64,000 nt of DNA from an uncultured Azospirillaceae bacterium (GCA_964410325.1 CAYPFN010000008.1:6570-70569); one strand, 5' to 3'; positions 36,297 through 45,160 are shown, counted from the stretch's first letter. Numbers and translations: made by a program. Notes: generated from the letters alone by a model not told the origin.

Positions 36297-36448
36297 TCAA
36301 AAATCAGCGTTTGTGCATAAATTTATTAAGATATAACTACTTATATCAAGGAGAGCCTTTATTTTCTTGGTGTTGATAAAAAAAACATCTTGCAATTTAA
36401 AATAATTTGTGTAGGTATAAGATATATAAAATAAACGCTGATTTTTGA
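36297..36448. repeat. Perfect 16-bp inverted repeats flanking a 120-bp promoter-like segment (candidate invertible promoter)
   Basis: tcaaaaatcagcgttt (36297-36312) and aaacgctgatttttga (36433-36448). Confidence 0.85.
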
Positions 36449-36646
36449 TGACTGCAGCAAAGTGTTTCATCGCCTTTGGTAGGTAGTTAAATCATATCTG
36501 CGAGATGCTAAAATATCTCAAGAATATCAAAATGTTATATGTAGCTGGACATCTAATGACATTAGCGAAAAAATATATGGTCTTTTAAACGCACATAATT
36601 TTTCTTGCATTGTATAAAAATAGATAATATTATCAGCTTAGTTGTT

Positions 36647-36723
36647 GGGGGTGTAGTTCAGTTGGTTAGAACGCTGCCCTGTCACGGCAGAGGTCGCGAG
36701 TTCGAGCCTCGTCGCTCCCGCCA
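36647..36723 (+). tRNA. tRNA-Asp (GTC)
   Basis: 77-nt cloverleaf; anticodon arm ctgcc-ctGTCac-ggcag; T arm gcgag-ttcgagc-ctcgt; encoded CCA; upstream TTGCAT-N17-TATTAT. Confidence 0.97.
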
Positions 36724-36754
36724 TAAAATAAGCCACTGTTAGCGGTTTATTTTA
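36724..36754 (+). terminator. Terminator after tRNA-Asp
   Basis: taaaataagcc / ggtttatttta stem with one G-U pair. Confidence 0.6.
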
Positions 36755-37054
36755 TAAAAAAACATCGATTATGAAGAATGTATACTATATCTGAAAAAAG
36801 CCAGTAGTTGGCGAAGACGTTACCCAAAATTTCAAAGAAGAAAAATCTAAAACAAAACGCTTTTTAACAATTCTGCTAAAAAATATCCCTTAGCAATTAT
36901 CATAAATAGCAATCGCCCAAATTACAACTAAAAATTTATTTATAATAAAACATTCCCCTACAAAACAAAATATGTAGAAGTTTTTCATGGGCTGATTTAT
37001 TTCGCTTGCAAAAAATATTCAAAATCTTATTTTATATAGCAAAGGAGAAAAACA

Positions 37055-37996
37055 ATGGCTGAATATAAAACAAAAGTTCTTATCATCGGATCTGGCCCTG
37101 CCGGTTATACAGCGGGCATTTATGCTTCCCGTGCCGGCTTAAATCCGGTTTTGGTTTCTGGTTCCCAAATCGGCGGACAGCTGACTATGACCACGGATAT
37201 CGAAAATTTTCCAGGTTTTGCCGAACCAATTTCCGGACCGCAGTTAATGGATAATATGCTCAAACAAGCCCAAAATGTCGGCACGTGCATTGTTAACGAC
37301 AAAATCACGGAAGTGGATTTCAATCATCGCCCGTTTATTTGCAGTTCTGAAAACGGCAACGTTTTTCAGGCGGAAACCGTTATTATCTGCACCGGTTCTT
37401 CCGCCCGCTGGCTGGAGCTTGAATCTGAGAAAAAATATATCGGTTTTGGTGTGTCGGCATGCGCAACCTGTGACGGATTCTTTTATCGTGGCAAAAATGT
37501 GGCTGTCGTCGGCGGCGGTAACACCGCAGCGGAAGAAGCGCTTTATTTGACCAATTTTGCCGCCAAAGTCTACTTAATCCACCGTCGCGATGCGTTACGC
37601 GCCGATGCCGTTATGCAAAAGCGGCTGCAAGACAATCATAAAATTGAAATTGTCTGGAACAGCGTTATCGATGAGGTCTTAGGTTCTGATCAGCCCTTGG
37701 GCGTAACTGGTATTAAACTCCGCAACGTAAAGACAGATACAGTTTCGCAAATGCCTTTAGATGGTTTGTTTGTCGCCATCGGCCACCATCCCAATACAGA
37801 TATTTTCAAAGAATATATTAAACTAGACCGTGAGGGCTATATCATCACCGCACCAGGTGGCACTGCCACCAACGTTCCTGGAGTGTTTGCTGCTGGCGAT
37901 GTGCAAGATCCAAAATTCCGCCAAGCCATCACTTCTGCCGCAACTGGTGCCATGGCCGCTATGGAGGCCGAAAAATATCTGGTTGCCCAGGACTGA
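37055..37996 (+). CDS. trxB: Thioredoxin reductase
   Basis: GSGPAG, GGQL, CATCDG, GGGNTA, HRRD, GVFAAGDV. Confidence 0.97.
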   Translation: MAEYKTKVLIIGSGPAGYTAGIYASRAGLNPVLVSGSQIGGQLTMTTDIENFPGFAEPISGPQLMDNMLKQAQNVGTCIVNDKITEVDFNHRPFICSSENGNVFQAETVIICTGSSARWLELESEKKYIGFGVSACATCDGFFYRGKNVAVVGGGNTAAEEALYLTNFAAKVYLIHRRDALRADAVMQKRLQDNHKIEIVWNSVIDEVLGSDQPLGVTGIKLRNVKTDTVSQMPLDGLFVAIGHHPNTDIFKEYIKLDREGYIITAPGGTATNVPGVFAAGDVQDPKFRQAITSAATGAMAAMEAEKYLVAQD

Positions 37997-38014
37997 AGTC
38001 TTTATTAGAAAAGT

Positions 38015-38049
38015 AAAACACTGCCTTTAATTCTGGCAGTGTTTTTTTT
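38015..38049 (+). terminator. Intrinsic terminator after trxB
   Basis: aaaacactgcc / ggcagtgtttt stem followed by a T run. Confidence 0.85.
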
Positions 38050-38052
38050 GAC

Positions 38053-38080
38053 TTGACATTTTACCAAAAACTGTTAATTT
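38053..38080 (+). promoter_or_regulatory. Putative sigma70 promoter of the NAD salvage operon
   Basis: TTGACA-N16-TAATTT with an extended TG; predicted start about 38086, at the 5' end of the RNA motif. Confidence 0.6.
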
Positions 38081-38085
38081 ATAAT

Positions 38086-38140
38086 TGTTCTTGGTGCTTG
38101 CAGGGCTTATAGGCAGAGAACATTATAACAACCCGAGCCA
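38086..38140 (+). ncRNA. Candidate riboswitch aptamer, copy 1 (unassigned class)
   Basis: P1 tgttctt/gagaaca, 2-nt bulge, P1a tgctt/aggca, loop gcagggcttat, then aaccc and gagcc (pseudoknot partner of ggctt). Confidence 0.65.
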
Positions 38141-38202
38141 GGTTATGTTCAGGAAATTTGTATTTCCTTTAATAACGTGGCTCCTTAGTAAGGAGTTTTT
38201 TA

Positions 38203-38745
38203 ATGTCTGAATTTAAATATCAACATGGTTTAACCATTATGCGCGCCCAACCGTTTCATATCGGGCACGTTAAATTGATTGACTGTATGTTAAACGAATG
38301 CGAACGTGCCACCGTTATTCTCGGTTCCATTCAGGAACAAGGCACTGCCCGCAATCCTTTAAATTACACTACCCGTAAAAAAATGATTCAAAATATTTAT
38401 CGACATCGGCCGGAATATGAACGCTTAAAAATCATCGGCTTGTTTGATATTAATAATCCGGCCGAATGGGGCGAATATGTCTTAGATTTTATTGCCGAAA
38501 CTTTTCCGGATTTGCCACAACCTGATGTTTATTATGCGGGAAGTACATATGATGCTCATTGGTTTAAAGAATGTTTCAAGCATATTGAATTAGTTGATCG
38601 TACGGATCCAGCATTTCCATTTGTCAGCGGTTCCATGATCCGCGACATGATAAAATTCGGCGACGAACGCTGGAAAAATTTTATTCATCCTGAAAACCAC
38701 CATATTGTTGAGGAATATTTCAATCGCAAAAAAGCAATTATTTAA
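38203..38745 (+). CDS. NadM-like nicotinate/nicotinamide-nucleotide adenylyltransferase (cytidyltransferase fold)
   Basis: RAQPFHIGH (HIGH motif), ILGS, NPL...R..MI, VSGSMIR; operon context. Confidence 0.75.
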   Translation: MSEFKYQHGLTIMRAQPFHIGHVKLIDCMLNECERATVILGSIQEQGTARNPLNYTTRKKMIQNIYRHRPEYERLKIIGLFDINNPAEWGEYVLDFIAETFPDLPQPDVYYAGSTYDAHWFKECFKHIELVDRTDPAFPFVSGSMIRDMIKFGDERWKNFIHPENHHIVEEYFNRKKAII

Positions 38746-38768
38746 TCTCAGCCGCGCATAATGCGCCA

Positions 38769-38835
38769 AACGCCTGCGTCTTCTGCAGGGCTTATAGAAG
38801 ACAGGTGTTCTAAACTTTAACCCATGATAAGCCTG
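38769..38835 (+). ncRNA. Candidate riboswitch aptamer, copy 2 (unassigned class)
   Basis: P1 aacgcct/aggtgtt, 2-nt bulge, P1a gtcttct/agaagac, identical loop gcagggcttat, then aaccc and aagcct next to the Shine-Dalgarno. Confidence 0.65.
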
Positions 38836-38849
38836 AAAGGGGAAATACC

Positions 38850-39476
38850 ATGACTAAAACCGTTTTAATGCGAATAGATTTTCAAAACGATTTTGTGCAT
38901 CCGCAAGGGCGCCTGACTGTTAATGCGCCAGACTTAATCCACAGACAGCAAAAATTTGCCGCAAATTTGCAAAACAATATGTTTGATATTATTATTGATT
39001 CATACGATACCCATTTTTTGGAAACATATGATGATACTATTGAGGCTGAAACTTATCCGCCACATTGCATATTCGGCAGCAAAGGCTGGCAGTCGGCTGC
39101 ACCGTTTAAGAATAATATCCCGCTTATCAAAATTTTTAAGTCCACCACTAATATCTGGCATGAAAAACACGCCTATGCTGTCTTAAACAGCAGTTGGAAA
39201 GACAAAGAAGTTTATTTATGCGGCGTTCTAAGCGATGTCTGTGTCAAACAAGCGATGGATGGTTTATTAAAACGCGGCGCCAAGGTAAGCATCTTGGAAG
39301 ACTTGTGCCTAGGATTACACCGCCAAATTCCGGAAATTTTAAGCGACAGCCAATATCGGCAGTTTATTAACAGTGGCAGGCTACGCAGCCTCAGCAGTTC
39401 CCAATTTTTCCGCAGCTGTTTGCTGGAACAAAAAAAACTTCACAATCACGTTCATCTTAATCGAGGAGATAAATAA
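38850..39476 (+). CDS. pncA: Nicotinamidase (isochorismatase family)
   Basis: IDFQNDF, D.H, PPHC, K, GVLSDVCV; operon context. Confidence 0.85.
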   Translation: MTKTVLMRIDFQNDFVHPQGRLTVNAPDLIHRQQKFAANLQNNMFDIIIDSYDTHFLETYDDTIEAETYPPHCIFGSKGWQSAAPFKNNIPLIKIFKSTTNIWHEKHAYAVLNSSWKDKEVYLCGVLSDVCVKQAMDGLLKRGAKVSILEDLCLGLHRQIPEILSDSQYRQFINSGRLRSLSSSQFFRSCLLEQKKLHNHVHLNRGDK

Positions 39477-40951
39477 TGACAACTGCAATTTTATCATCAG
39501 GCACGCCACTTTTCTGCGATCTATACCATTTAACCATGGCTCAGGCCTGGTTTATGGATAACAAGCACATGATACCTAAAACCTCTGAAGCGTTTTTCCG
39601 CAAATGTCCGTTCGGCGGCAGTTATCTTTTAAGTGCCGGCTTGCAGGAATTTTTGCAATGGGCGCAAAATTGGCACATCGGTCCTCATGATATTGAATAT
39701 CTTGCTGGGCTTAAAAACAGTGAAAATCGGCCATTGTTTAAAACTGAATTTTTAGAATTTTTAAAAGGACAATCTCTGCAGTTGGACATTCAGGCCGTCC
39801 CCGAAGGTGAAATCGTTTTTCCGGGAGAACCGATTATAAGTGTTAGTGGTCCGAGTTGGCAAGTTGATATGATTGAATCCGCATTTTTAAATATCTTTAA
39901 CGCTCAAAGCCTGATAGCCACTAAGGCCTCGCGCATGGTTACGGCGGCCACGGCTGACGGAACGCCACGTCCGGTAATGGAATTTGGTCTGCGTCGCGCA
40001 CAAGATTTAGGCTGTTTTTTACCGACCCGCGCCGCATTTATCGGCGGCTGTTCTGGCACTTCAAATGTTAAAGCGGCAAAACATTACGGCATTCCGCCGC
40101 AAGGAACCATGGCGCATTCTTTTATTATGAGTTATGCCGACGAACTGGACGCATTCAAAACCTATATGCGCGCCTCAGATGGAAACACCACTCTGCTGGT
40201 GGACACTTATGATACCCGCCAAGGCATCAAAAACGCCATTCGCGCCGCGCAGGAAACTGGCATCAAGCTACAAGGCATTCGTATTGATTCCGGCGATCTG
40301 GCTTATTGGGGAAAAGAGGCCAAAGCCATGTTTGCAGCCGCTGGTATGTCGCATGTCCGCCTGTTGGCTTCCAATGATCTGGATGAATATTTAATTGAAA
40401 ATCTGATTATGGTGCAAAACGCCCCATATGATGCTTTTGCCGCCGGCACCAAATTGGTAACCGCGTATGATACGCCGGCTTTGGGAGGCGTATACAAAAC
40501 CAAGCAATATAACGGCGAGCCAAAAATCAAAATTGCTGAGGGCAAAACCACTATTCCCGGGGCAACTAACGTCTTACGGATTGTTAAAAACGGCAAATTT
40601 GAAGGAGATATCATTACCCGCCGGCAGGATTTAGACTCTTTGCTTAACAACGGGCATTTAGCCAAAAGCCTGACTTCATGGCGCCTCAATTCCACCACCG
40701 GCGAACGCTTAACTTTTGCTACCGGGGAGCAAGCTTACAGCCTGCTTAAGCCAGTTATGATAAACGGCCACGTGATTGCGGAAGATATCAATTACCCGCT
40801 ATCGCAAATTCAACGCAAAGCCACTCAAAATCTTAACTGTTTGGATAAAGCTTATAAACGCCTTGCTAACCCGCATTTTTACGGCGTAGGATTAGAACAG
40901 GATTTATATAAACTGCAGCAAAACTTAATCAAACAACATCAGGAGCGTTAA
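39476..40951 (+). CDS. pncB: Nicotinate phosphoribosyltransferase
   Basis: DLYHLTM, FFRK.PF, EFGLRRAQ, GTMAHS, LVDTYDT, GIRIDSGD, ASNDLDE, LGGVYK. Confidence 0.93.
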   Translation: MTTAILSSGTPLFCDLYHLTMAQAWFMDNKHMIPKTSEAFFRKCPFGGSYLLSAGLQEFLQWAQNWHIGPHDIEYLAGLKNSENRPLFKTEFLEFLKGQSLQLDIQAVPEGEIVFPGEPIISVSGPSWQVDMIESAFLNIFNAQSLIATKASRMVTAATADGTPRPVMEFGLRRAQDLGCFLPTRAAFIGGCSGTSNVKAAKHYGIPPQGTMAHSFIMSYADELDAFKTYMRASDGNTTLLVDTYDTRQGIKNAIRAAQETGIKLQGIRIDSGDLAYWGKEAKAMFAAAGMSHVRLLASNDLDEYLIENLIMVQNAPYDAFAAGTKLVTAYDTPALGGVYKTKQYNGEPKIKIAEGKTTIPGATNVLRIVKNGKFEGDIITRRQDLDSLLNNGHLAKSLTSWRLNSTTGERLTFATGEQAYSLLKPVMINGHVIAEDINYPLSQIQRKATQNLNCLDKAYKRLANPHFYGVGLEQDLYKLQQNLIKQHQER

Positions 40952-40953
40952 AT

Positions 40954-41736
40954 ATGAATGAGACAATTTGGAAGAAACTTAAACAAGGGCTTGAAAATTA
41001 TTGTCGAAGCAACGGTTTCCAAACTGTTGTTCTGGGATTGTCCGGCGGTATTGATTCTGCACTGACGGCGGTTTTGGCGACTGATGCTTTGGGTGGCGAA
41101 AATGTTAGTGCAATCATGATGCAGAGCAAATTTACCTCGCCTTTAAGCATGGAAATTGCCCGTGAAACTGCTAAATTAAACAATTTTCAATATCATGAAT
41201 TGAATATTGAATCGCTGGTTGCCACTGAGCAAGATTTCTTAACCGCGGCATTTGGCGAAACACCTAAAGGCATTGTCATGGAAAATCTGCAAGCCCGTAT
41301 CCGTGGCAAAATTCTGATGTCCTGGTCCAATCAATACGGCGGTCTGGTTTTGGCCTGTGGCAACAAATCTGAGGCAGCTACCGGATATTGTACCTTATAT
41401 GGTGATACCTGTGGCGGATTAATGCCCATCGGCAATTTATACAAAACTGAAGTTTTTGCATTGGCTAAATGGCGCAACGCCCAAAGCCGGGTTTTGCCCA
41501 GCGAAGTTTTGATACGCGCGCCAAGTGCCGAACTTTCCTTAAACCAGAAAGATGAAAACACTTTACCGCCCTATCCGATTCTAGATAAAATTCTCAGGCT
41601 TTATATTGACGAACATAAAACCAAAGAACAAATTATTGCCGCCGGGTTAGATGCCCAAACCATCGATTGGGTAATTAAACGTTATCATGCTATGGATTTT
41701 AAACGGCGGCAGATGCCTCCGGCTTTGGCTTTATAA
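40954..41736 (+). CDS. nadE: NAD+ synthetase (synthetase domain only, NH3-dependent type)
   Basis: GLSGGIDS, ENLQARIRG, GNKSE..GY.TLYGD, PSAEL..NQKD...LPPY..LD. Confidence 0.93.
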   Translation: MNETIWKKLKQGLENYCRSNGFQTVVLGLSGGIDSALTAVLATDALGGENVSAIMMQSKFTSPLSMEIARETAKLNNFQYHELNIESLVATEQDFLTAAFGETPKGIVMENLQARIRGKILMSWSNQYGGLVLACGNKSEAATGYCTLYGDTCGGLMPIGNLYKTEVFALAKWRNAQSRVLPSEVLIRAPSAELSLNQKDENTLPPYPILDKILRLYIDEHKTKEQIIAAGLDAQTIDWVIKRYHAMDFKRRQMPPALAL

Positions 41737-41746
41737 AATCAAACAG

Positions 41747-41779
41747 AAAAAATTCTCCGTTTCTCGGGGAATTTTTTTT
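41747..41779 (+). terminator. Intrinsic terminator after nadE
   Basis: aaaaaattctccg / cggggaatttttt stem followed by a T run. Confidence 0.8.
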
Positions 41780-41900
41780 ATTTTCAGGCGTTGATTTTCC
41801 AACATCATAACCAATCAATGCCTTTAACAACTTTTAAAATTTTTTATCCGATAATTTTTATATTGTTTACTTTTCAACCCCAAACCTCAACAAAGCCTTT

Positions 41901-42238
41901 TTATTCCTTCACGACAGGTTTGAAAAACTCCACTATGTAGCTGACGGCATCGAAAATATGACCTAAATAAAGCTTATCGTCATCATCTTTAATCTGTATG
42001 GGCGTTGGTGCAGCAATTCGGATATCGTCATTAATATTTTTAGCGCTTCAATATTTTACCACTTTGGCGACATTCGCGCCTTTGGGCTTGTTTAGGTAAT
42101 CACATTCATAATTCTTCCGGCTTATTTTTCTCAACTGGTGTAGCACAACTCAAAAACTTTTCGGGCAATATCCAAATGTTCCAATTCCGGATAATTGACT
42201 TCCGCAAAATAAGTCTTTTTCGGCGTTAAAAACCGTTC
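41901..42238 (-). pseudogene. Decayed gene of unknown function
   Basis: Protein-like segments ERFLTPKKTYFAEVNYPELEHLDIARKVFELC and YECDYLNKPKGANVAKVVKY*SAKNINDD...FFKPVVKE* in different frames; no intact start. Confidence 0.45.
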
Positions 42239-42240
42239 AT

Positions 42241-42273
42241 AAAAAACCCCGCATTTGGCGCGGGGCTTTTTTT
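42241..42273. terminator. Terminator after secF (A and T runs on both sides)
   Basis: ccccgc / gcgggg stem flanked by A6 and T7. Confidence 0.75.
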
Positions 42274-42291
42274 CTGCTTAGCGACGTATAT

Positions 42292-43230
42292 TCAGACATT
42301 TCCAAATGGATTAACATTCTGCATTTTAGCTTCCTGCGTTTTTCTTAAATCAAAAACATTTAAAAACACAGCCGAAACATAAATTGAAGAATAGGTTCCG
42401 ACAATTACGCCCCACAAAATGGTAAATGAAAAGCTACGCAACGTATCACCGCCGAAAACAAATAATGACGCGGCGGCAAACATTGTGGTAAACCCGGTTA
42501 AAATGGTTCTGGACAAGATATCATTTAGACTTTTATTTATCAGATCATACTGCGACATTTTTTTGTATTTCCGCAAATTTTCACGAATACGATCATAAGT
42601 TACCACCGTATCGTTGACTGAATAACCAGCTAAAGTCAAAATCGCCGCCACGGTCGTCAGGCTGAAATCAAAGTCAAATATTGAAAGCAACCCTACCGTA
42701 ATCAACAAATCATGGAACAAGCCTAACAAGGCGCCTATGGCAAACTGCCATTCAAACCGAAACCAAATATAGGCGCAAATACCTAAAACGGCAATCAAAG
42801 AGGCAATCACACCGGCTCGTTTTAATTCATCACCGACTTGCGGGCCAACCGATTCTACCCGGCGATATTCGTAGCCCTGCCCTAAAGCTTCTTTAATTTT
42901 GACAACTGCTTTCCGCTGGCTGTCTTCATCGGCGCTTTCAGCCTGCGCGCGAATTATCATTTCATCGCCGTTGTCACCGATTGTCTGCAAGGTTAAGTCA
43001 TCAAGCTTAATTGAGGAAAGTTCACGGCGGATATCCTCAGCATTAATTTTATTTTCGCTTTTAATCTCCATTAAGATACCGCCAGAGAAATCAATCCCAT
43101 AATTAAACCCTCTAAAAACAACCCAGTAGCAGGACAAAAGCACCATGATGATGGAAAGAAGATAAGTATATTTTCTTCCCCGCATAAAATTAATATTCGT
43201 CTCTTTTGTTACCCAACTAAAAATTCTCAT
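42292..43230 (-). CDS. secF: Protein translocase subunit SecF
   Basis: GIDFSGG, VGPQVGDEL, GYSVNDTVV.YDRIREN, GTYSSIYV. Confidence 0.97.
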   Translation of the reverse strand: MRIFSWVTKETNINFMRGRKYTYLLSIIMVLLSCYWVVFRGFNYGIDFSGGILMEIKSENKINAEDIRRELSSIKLDDLTLQTIGDNGDEMIIRAQAESADEDSQRKAVVKIKEALGQGYEYRRVESVGPQVGDELKRAGVIASLIAVLGICAYIWFRFEWQFAIGALLGLFHDLLITVGLLSIFDFDFSLTTVAAILTLAGYSVNDTVVTYDRIRENLRKYKKMSQYDLINKSLNDILSRTILTGFTTMFAAASLFVFGGDTLRSFSFTILWGVIVGTYSSIYVSAVFLNVFDLRKTQEAKMQNVNPFGNV

Positions 43231-43252
43231 TTTCTTATTCCTTATTTTATCA

Positions 43253-44797
43253 TTAAATCGGCAATTTGGTCGGTTTAGTACGTTTCATCCAGCCTGCAAT
43301 AATCAACCGAGTAACCGTTACGGATGTAAACATAGATGTTGCAATACCGATAGCTAATGTCACGGCAAACCCCCTGACCGGACCAGTACCAAACCAGAAC
43401 AGTACAATAGCAGCCACCAATGTCGTTAAATTGGAATCCACAATTGTTGCCCAGGCTTCGGTAAAGCCGGCTTCGGCAGCATCTTTCGGTGAACGTCCAT
43501 TTTTGACCTCTTCCCGCATGCGTTCAAAAATCAACACATTAGAATCCACGGCCATACCGATAGTCAGGATAATACCGGCAATACCGGGTAAGGTTAAAGT
43601 TGTACCGATAATGCTCATTGCACCTAAAAGCAAAAACAGATTTGTGAAGACCGAAATTGTCGTAAAGAAACCAAACAAACCATAGGCAGCAACCATAAAG
43701 ACAACTACCGCGATTAAACCGATGATGGAAGCAACAATACCGGCTTCAATTGAATCTGCCCCCAAACCAGCGCCGACTGTTCTTTCTTCCAAAACTTCCA
43801 ACGGCGCCGGCAATGCACCTGAACGCAGAAGCAAAGCCAGATTACCGGCATCTTCAGAAGTAAAATTACCGGTAATCACACCACTACCACCCATAATCGC
43901 TGTTTGGATAACTGGCGCGGAAATAACCTCATCATCTAAGACTATTGCCAATTGGCGGCCGATATTTTCTTTTGTAACTTCACCAAATTTGCGACCACCG
44001 ACCGTATTAAATTTAAATGTTACAACCGGAGCCCCGTCCTGGAAACTGACGCCGGCATCGGTTAAATTCTCGCCACCAACTACTGACTTGCGAGAAATAA
44101 CATATTGTCCCCCTTCCATGCCGTTAACCACGCGTGAAGTGCTACTCAACTTGCCACGTTTGGCATCAGCGGCGGTAGTACGATCATCAACCAGATGGAA
44201 AGACATTTTAGCAGTTTTACCCAAAAGATTTTTCACCTCTTCCGGGTTTTGAATGCCTGGAAGTTGGACGACAATACGATCGGAACCCTGGCTTTGAATG
44301 ACTGGTTCTTTGGTGCCAAGCTCATCAATACGGCGACGGACAATTTCAATAGACTGTTCCACTACTTTTGCTTTTAACCGAGCTATAGCCTGATCCGAAT
44401 ACTTAATCTCAACCACGCCTCCTTCGCCCGAGGTTACAACCAAACCATCATCTAATTTTCTGAAATAACCCATAGCCTGATTGCGAGAACCAGAATTTTC
44501 AATTTCAACCTTAACACTGTCCGCTCCGGTAGCTAGTTTCTGATAACGGATGCGGTGTTCACGTAACGTCTGACGGACAGAATCCTCAATTGTGGACATT
44601 CTTTCCCTCATAACACTATCAAAATCAACCTGTAGCAACAAATTTGAACCACCCTGCAGATCAAGCCCCAGGTTGACAGGTTGCCACCATGACGGCAATT
44701 TCATGCCTTGTGGCAGAAAATTCGGCACGGCAAAGAAAATTCCGACCAGACAAATAGCCAGAATAATCAAAACTCTTTCTTTGGATAATTTATACAT
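43253..44797 (-). CDS. secD: Protein translocase subunit SecD
   Basis: LGLDLQGG, RRRIDELG..EP, LRSGALP, GMAVDSNVLIFER, IVDSNLTT. Confidence 0.97.
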   Translation of the reverse strand: MYKLSKERVLIILAICLVGIFFAVPNFLPQGMKLPSWWQPVNLGLDLQGGSNLLLQVDFDSVMRERMSTIEDSVRQTLREHRIRYQKLATGADSVKVEIENSGSRNQAMGYFRKLDDGLVVTSGEGGVVEIKYSDQAIARLKAKVVEQSIEIVRRRIDELGTKEPVIQSQGSDRIVVQLPGIQNPEEVKNLLGKTAKMSFHLVDDRTTAADAKRGKLSSTSRVVNGMEGGQYVISRKSVVGGENLTDAGVSFQDGAPVVTFKFNTVGGRKFGEVTKENIGRQLAIVLDDEVISAPVIQTAIMGGSGVITGNFTSEDAGNLALLLRSGALPAPLEVLEERTVGAGLGADSIEAGIVASIIGLIAVVVFMVAAYGLFGFFTTISVFTNLFLLLGAMSIIGTTLTLPGIAGIILTIGMAVDSNVLIFERMREEVKNGRSPKDAAEAGFTEAWATIVDSNLTTLVAAIVLFWFGTGPVRGFAVTLAIGIATSMFTSVTVTRLIIAGWMKRTKPTKLPI

Positions 44798-44812
44798 TCT
44801 TCAAACCCTGAT

Positions 44813-45160
44813 TTATTTCTTCTTAACAGCTTTATTTTCATTGGCCGTTTCCGGCTTTAAAACTTCGCGAATCATATAGCGATACATTTTAACTTCAACC
44901 CCTTTGGCAATTTCGGCCGTAATATTATCGTCTTCAATCTTCTTGACTTTGGCGTATATGCCACCTCCGGTTATAATCTCATCGCCAACCTTAATAGCTT
45001 TTAACGCCGCCTCATGTTGCTTCATCTTTTTTTGTTGCGGACGAATCAACAGCAGATAAAATACCAGCAAAATCAACACCAGCTGAATAATTGTCCCGGC
45101 AACGGAACTTCCTGTGCTAACCGATGTCGTGGCTTGAGCCCATGCCTCGTTGATTAACAT
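44813..45160 (-). CDS. yajC: Preprotein translocase subunit YajC
   Basis: FYLLLIRPQQK, GDEIITGGGI. Confidence 0.95.
   Translation of the reverse strand: MLINEAWAQATTSVSTGSSVAGTIIQLVLILLVFYLLLIRPQQKKMKQHEAALKAIKVGDEIITGGGIYAKVKKIEDDNITAEIAKGVEVKMYRYMIREVLKPETANENKAVKKK

Noticed and set aside
36647-36723. tRNA-Asp as integration site of the glycan island
   Set aside because: The island is on the tRNA 5' side, no duplicated tRNA 3' end was found near 22.6 kb, and no active integrase is present.
38090-38099. cttggtgctt matching the start of a preQ1-II aptamer as I recall it
   Set aside because: The rest of that fold is absent, the 10-mer is not in motif copy 2, and no queuosine genes are nearby.
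38769-38835. AGGGC/AAGCC pairing reminiscent of a pistol ribozyme
   Set aside because: The loop is 11 nt rather than about 6, the P2/P3 three-stem arrangement is missing, and the 5' UTR context fits a regulatory element better.
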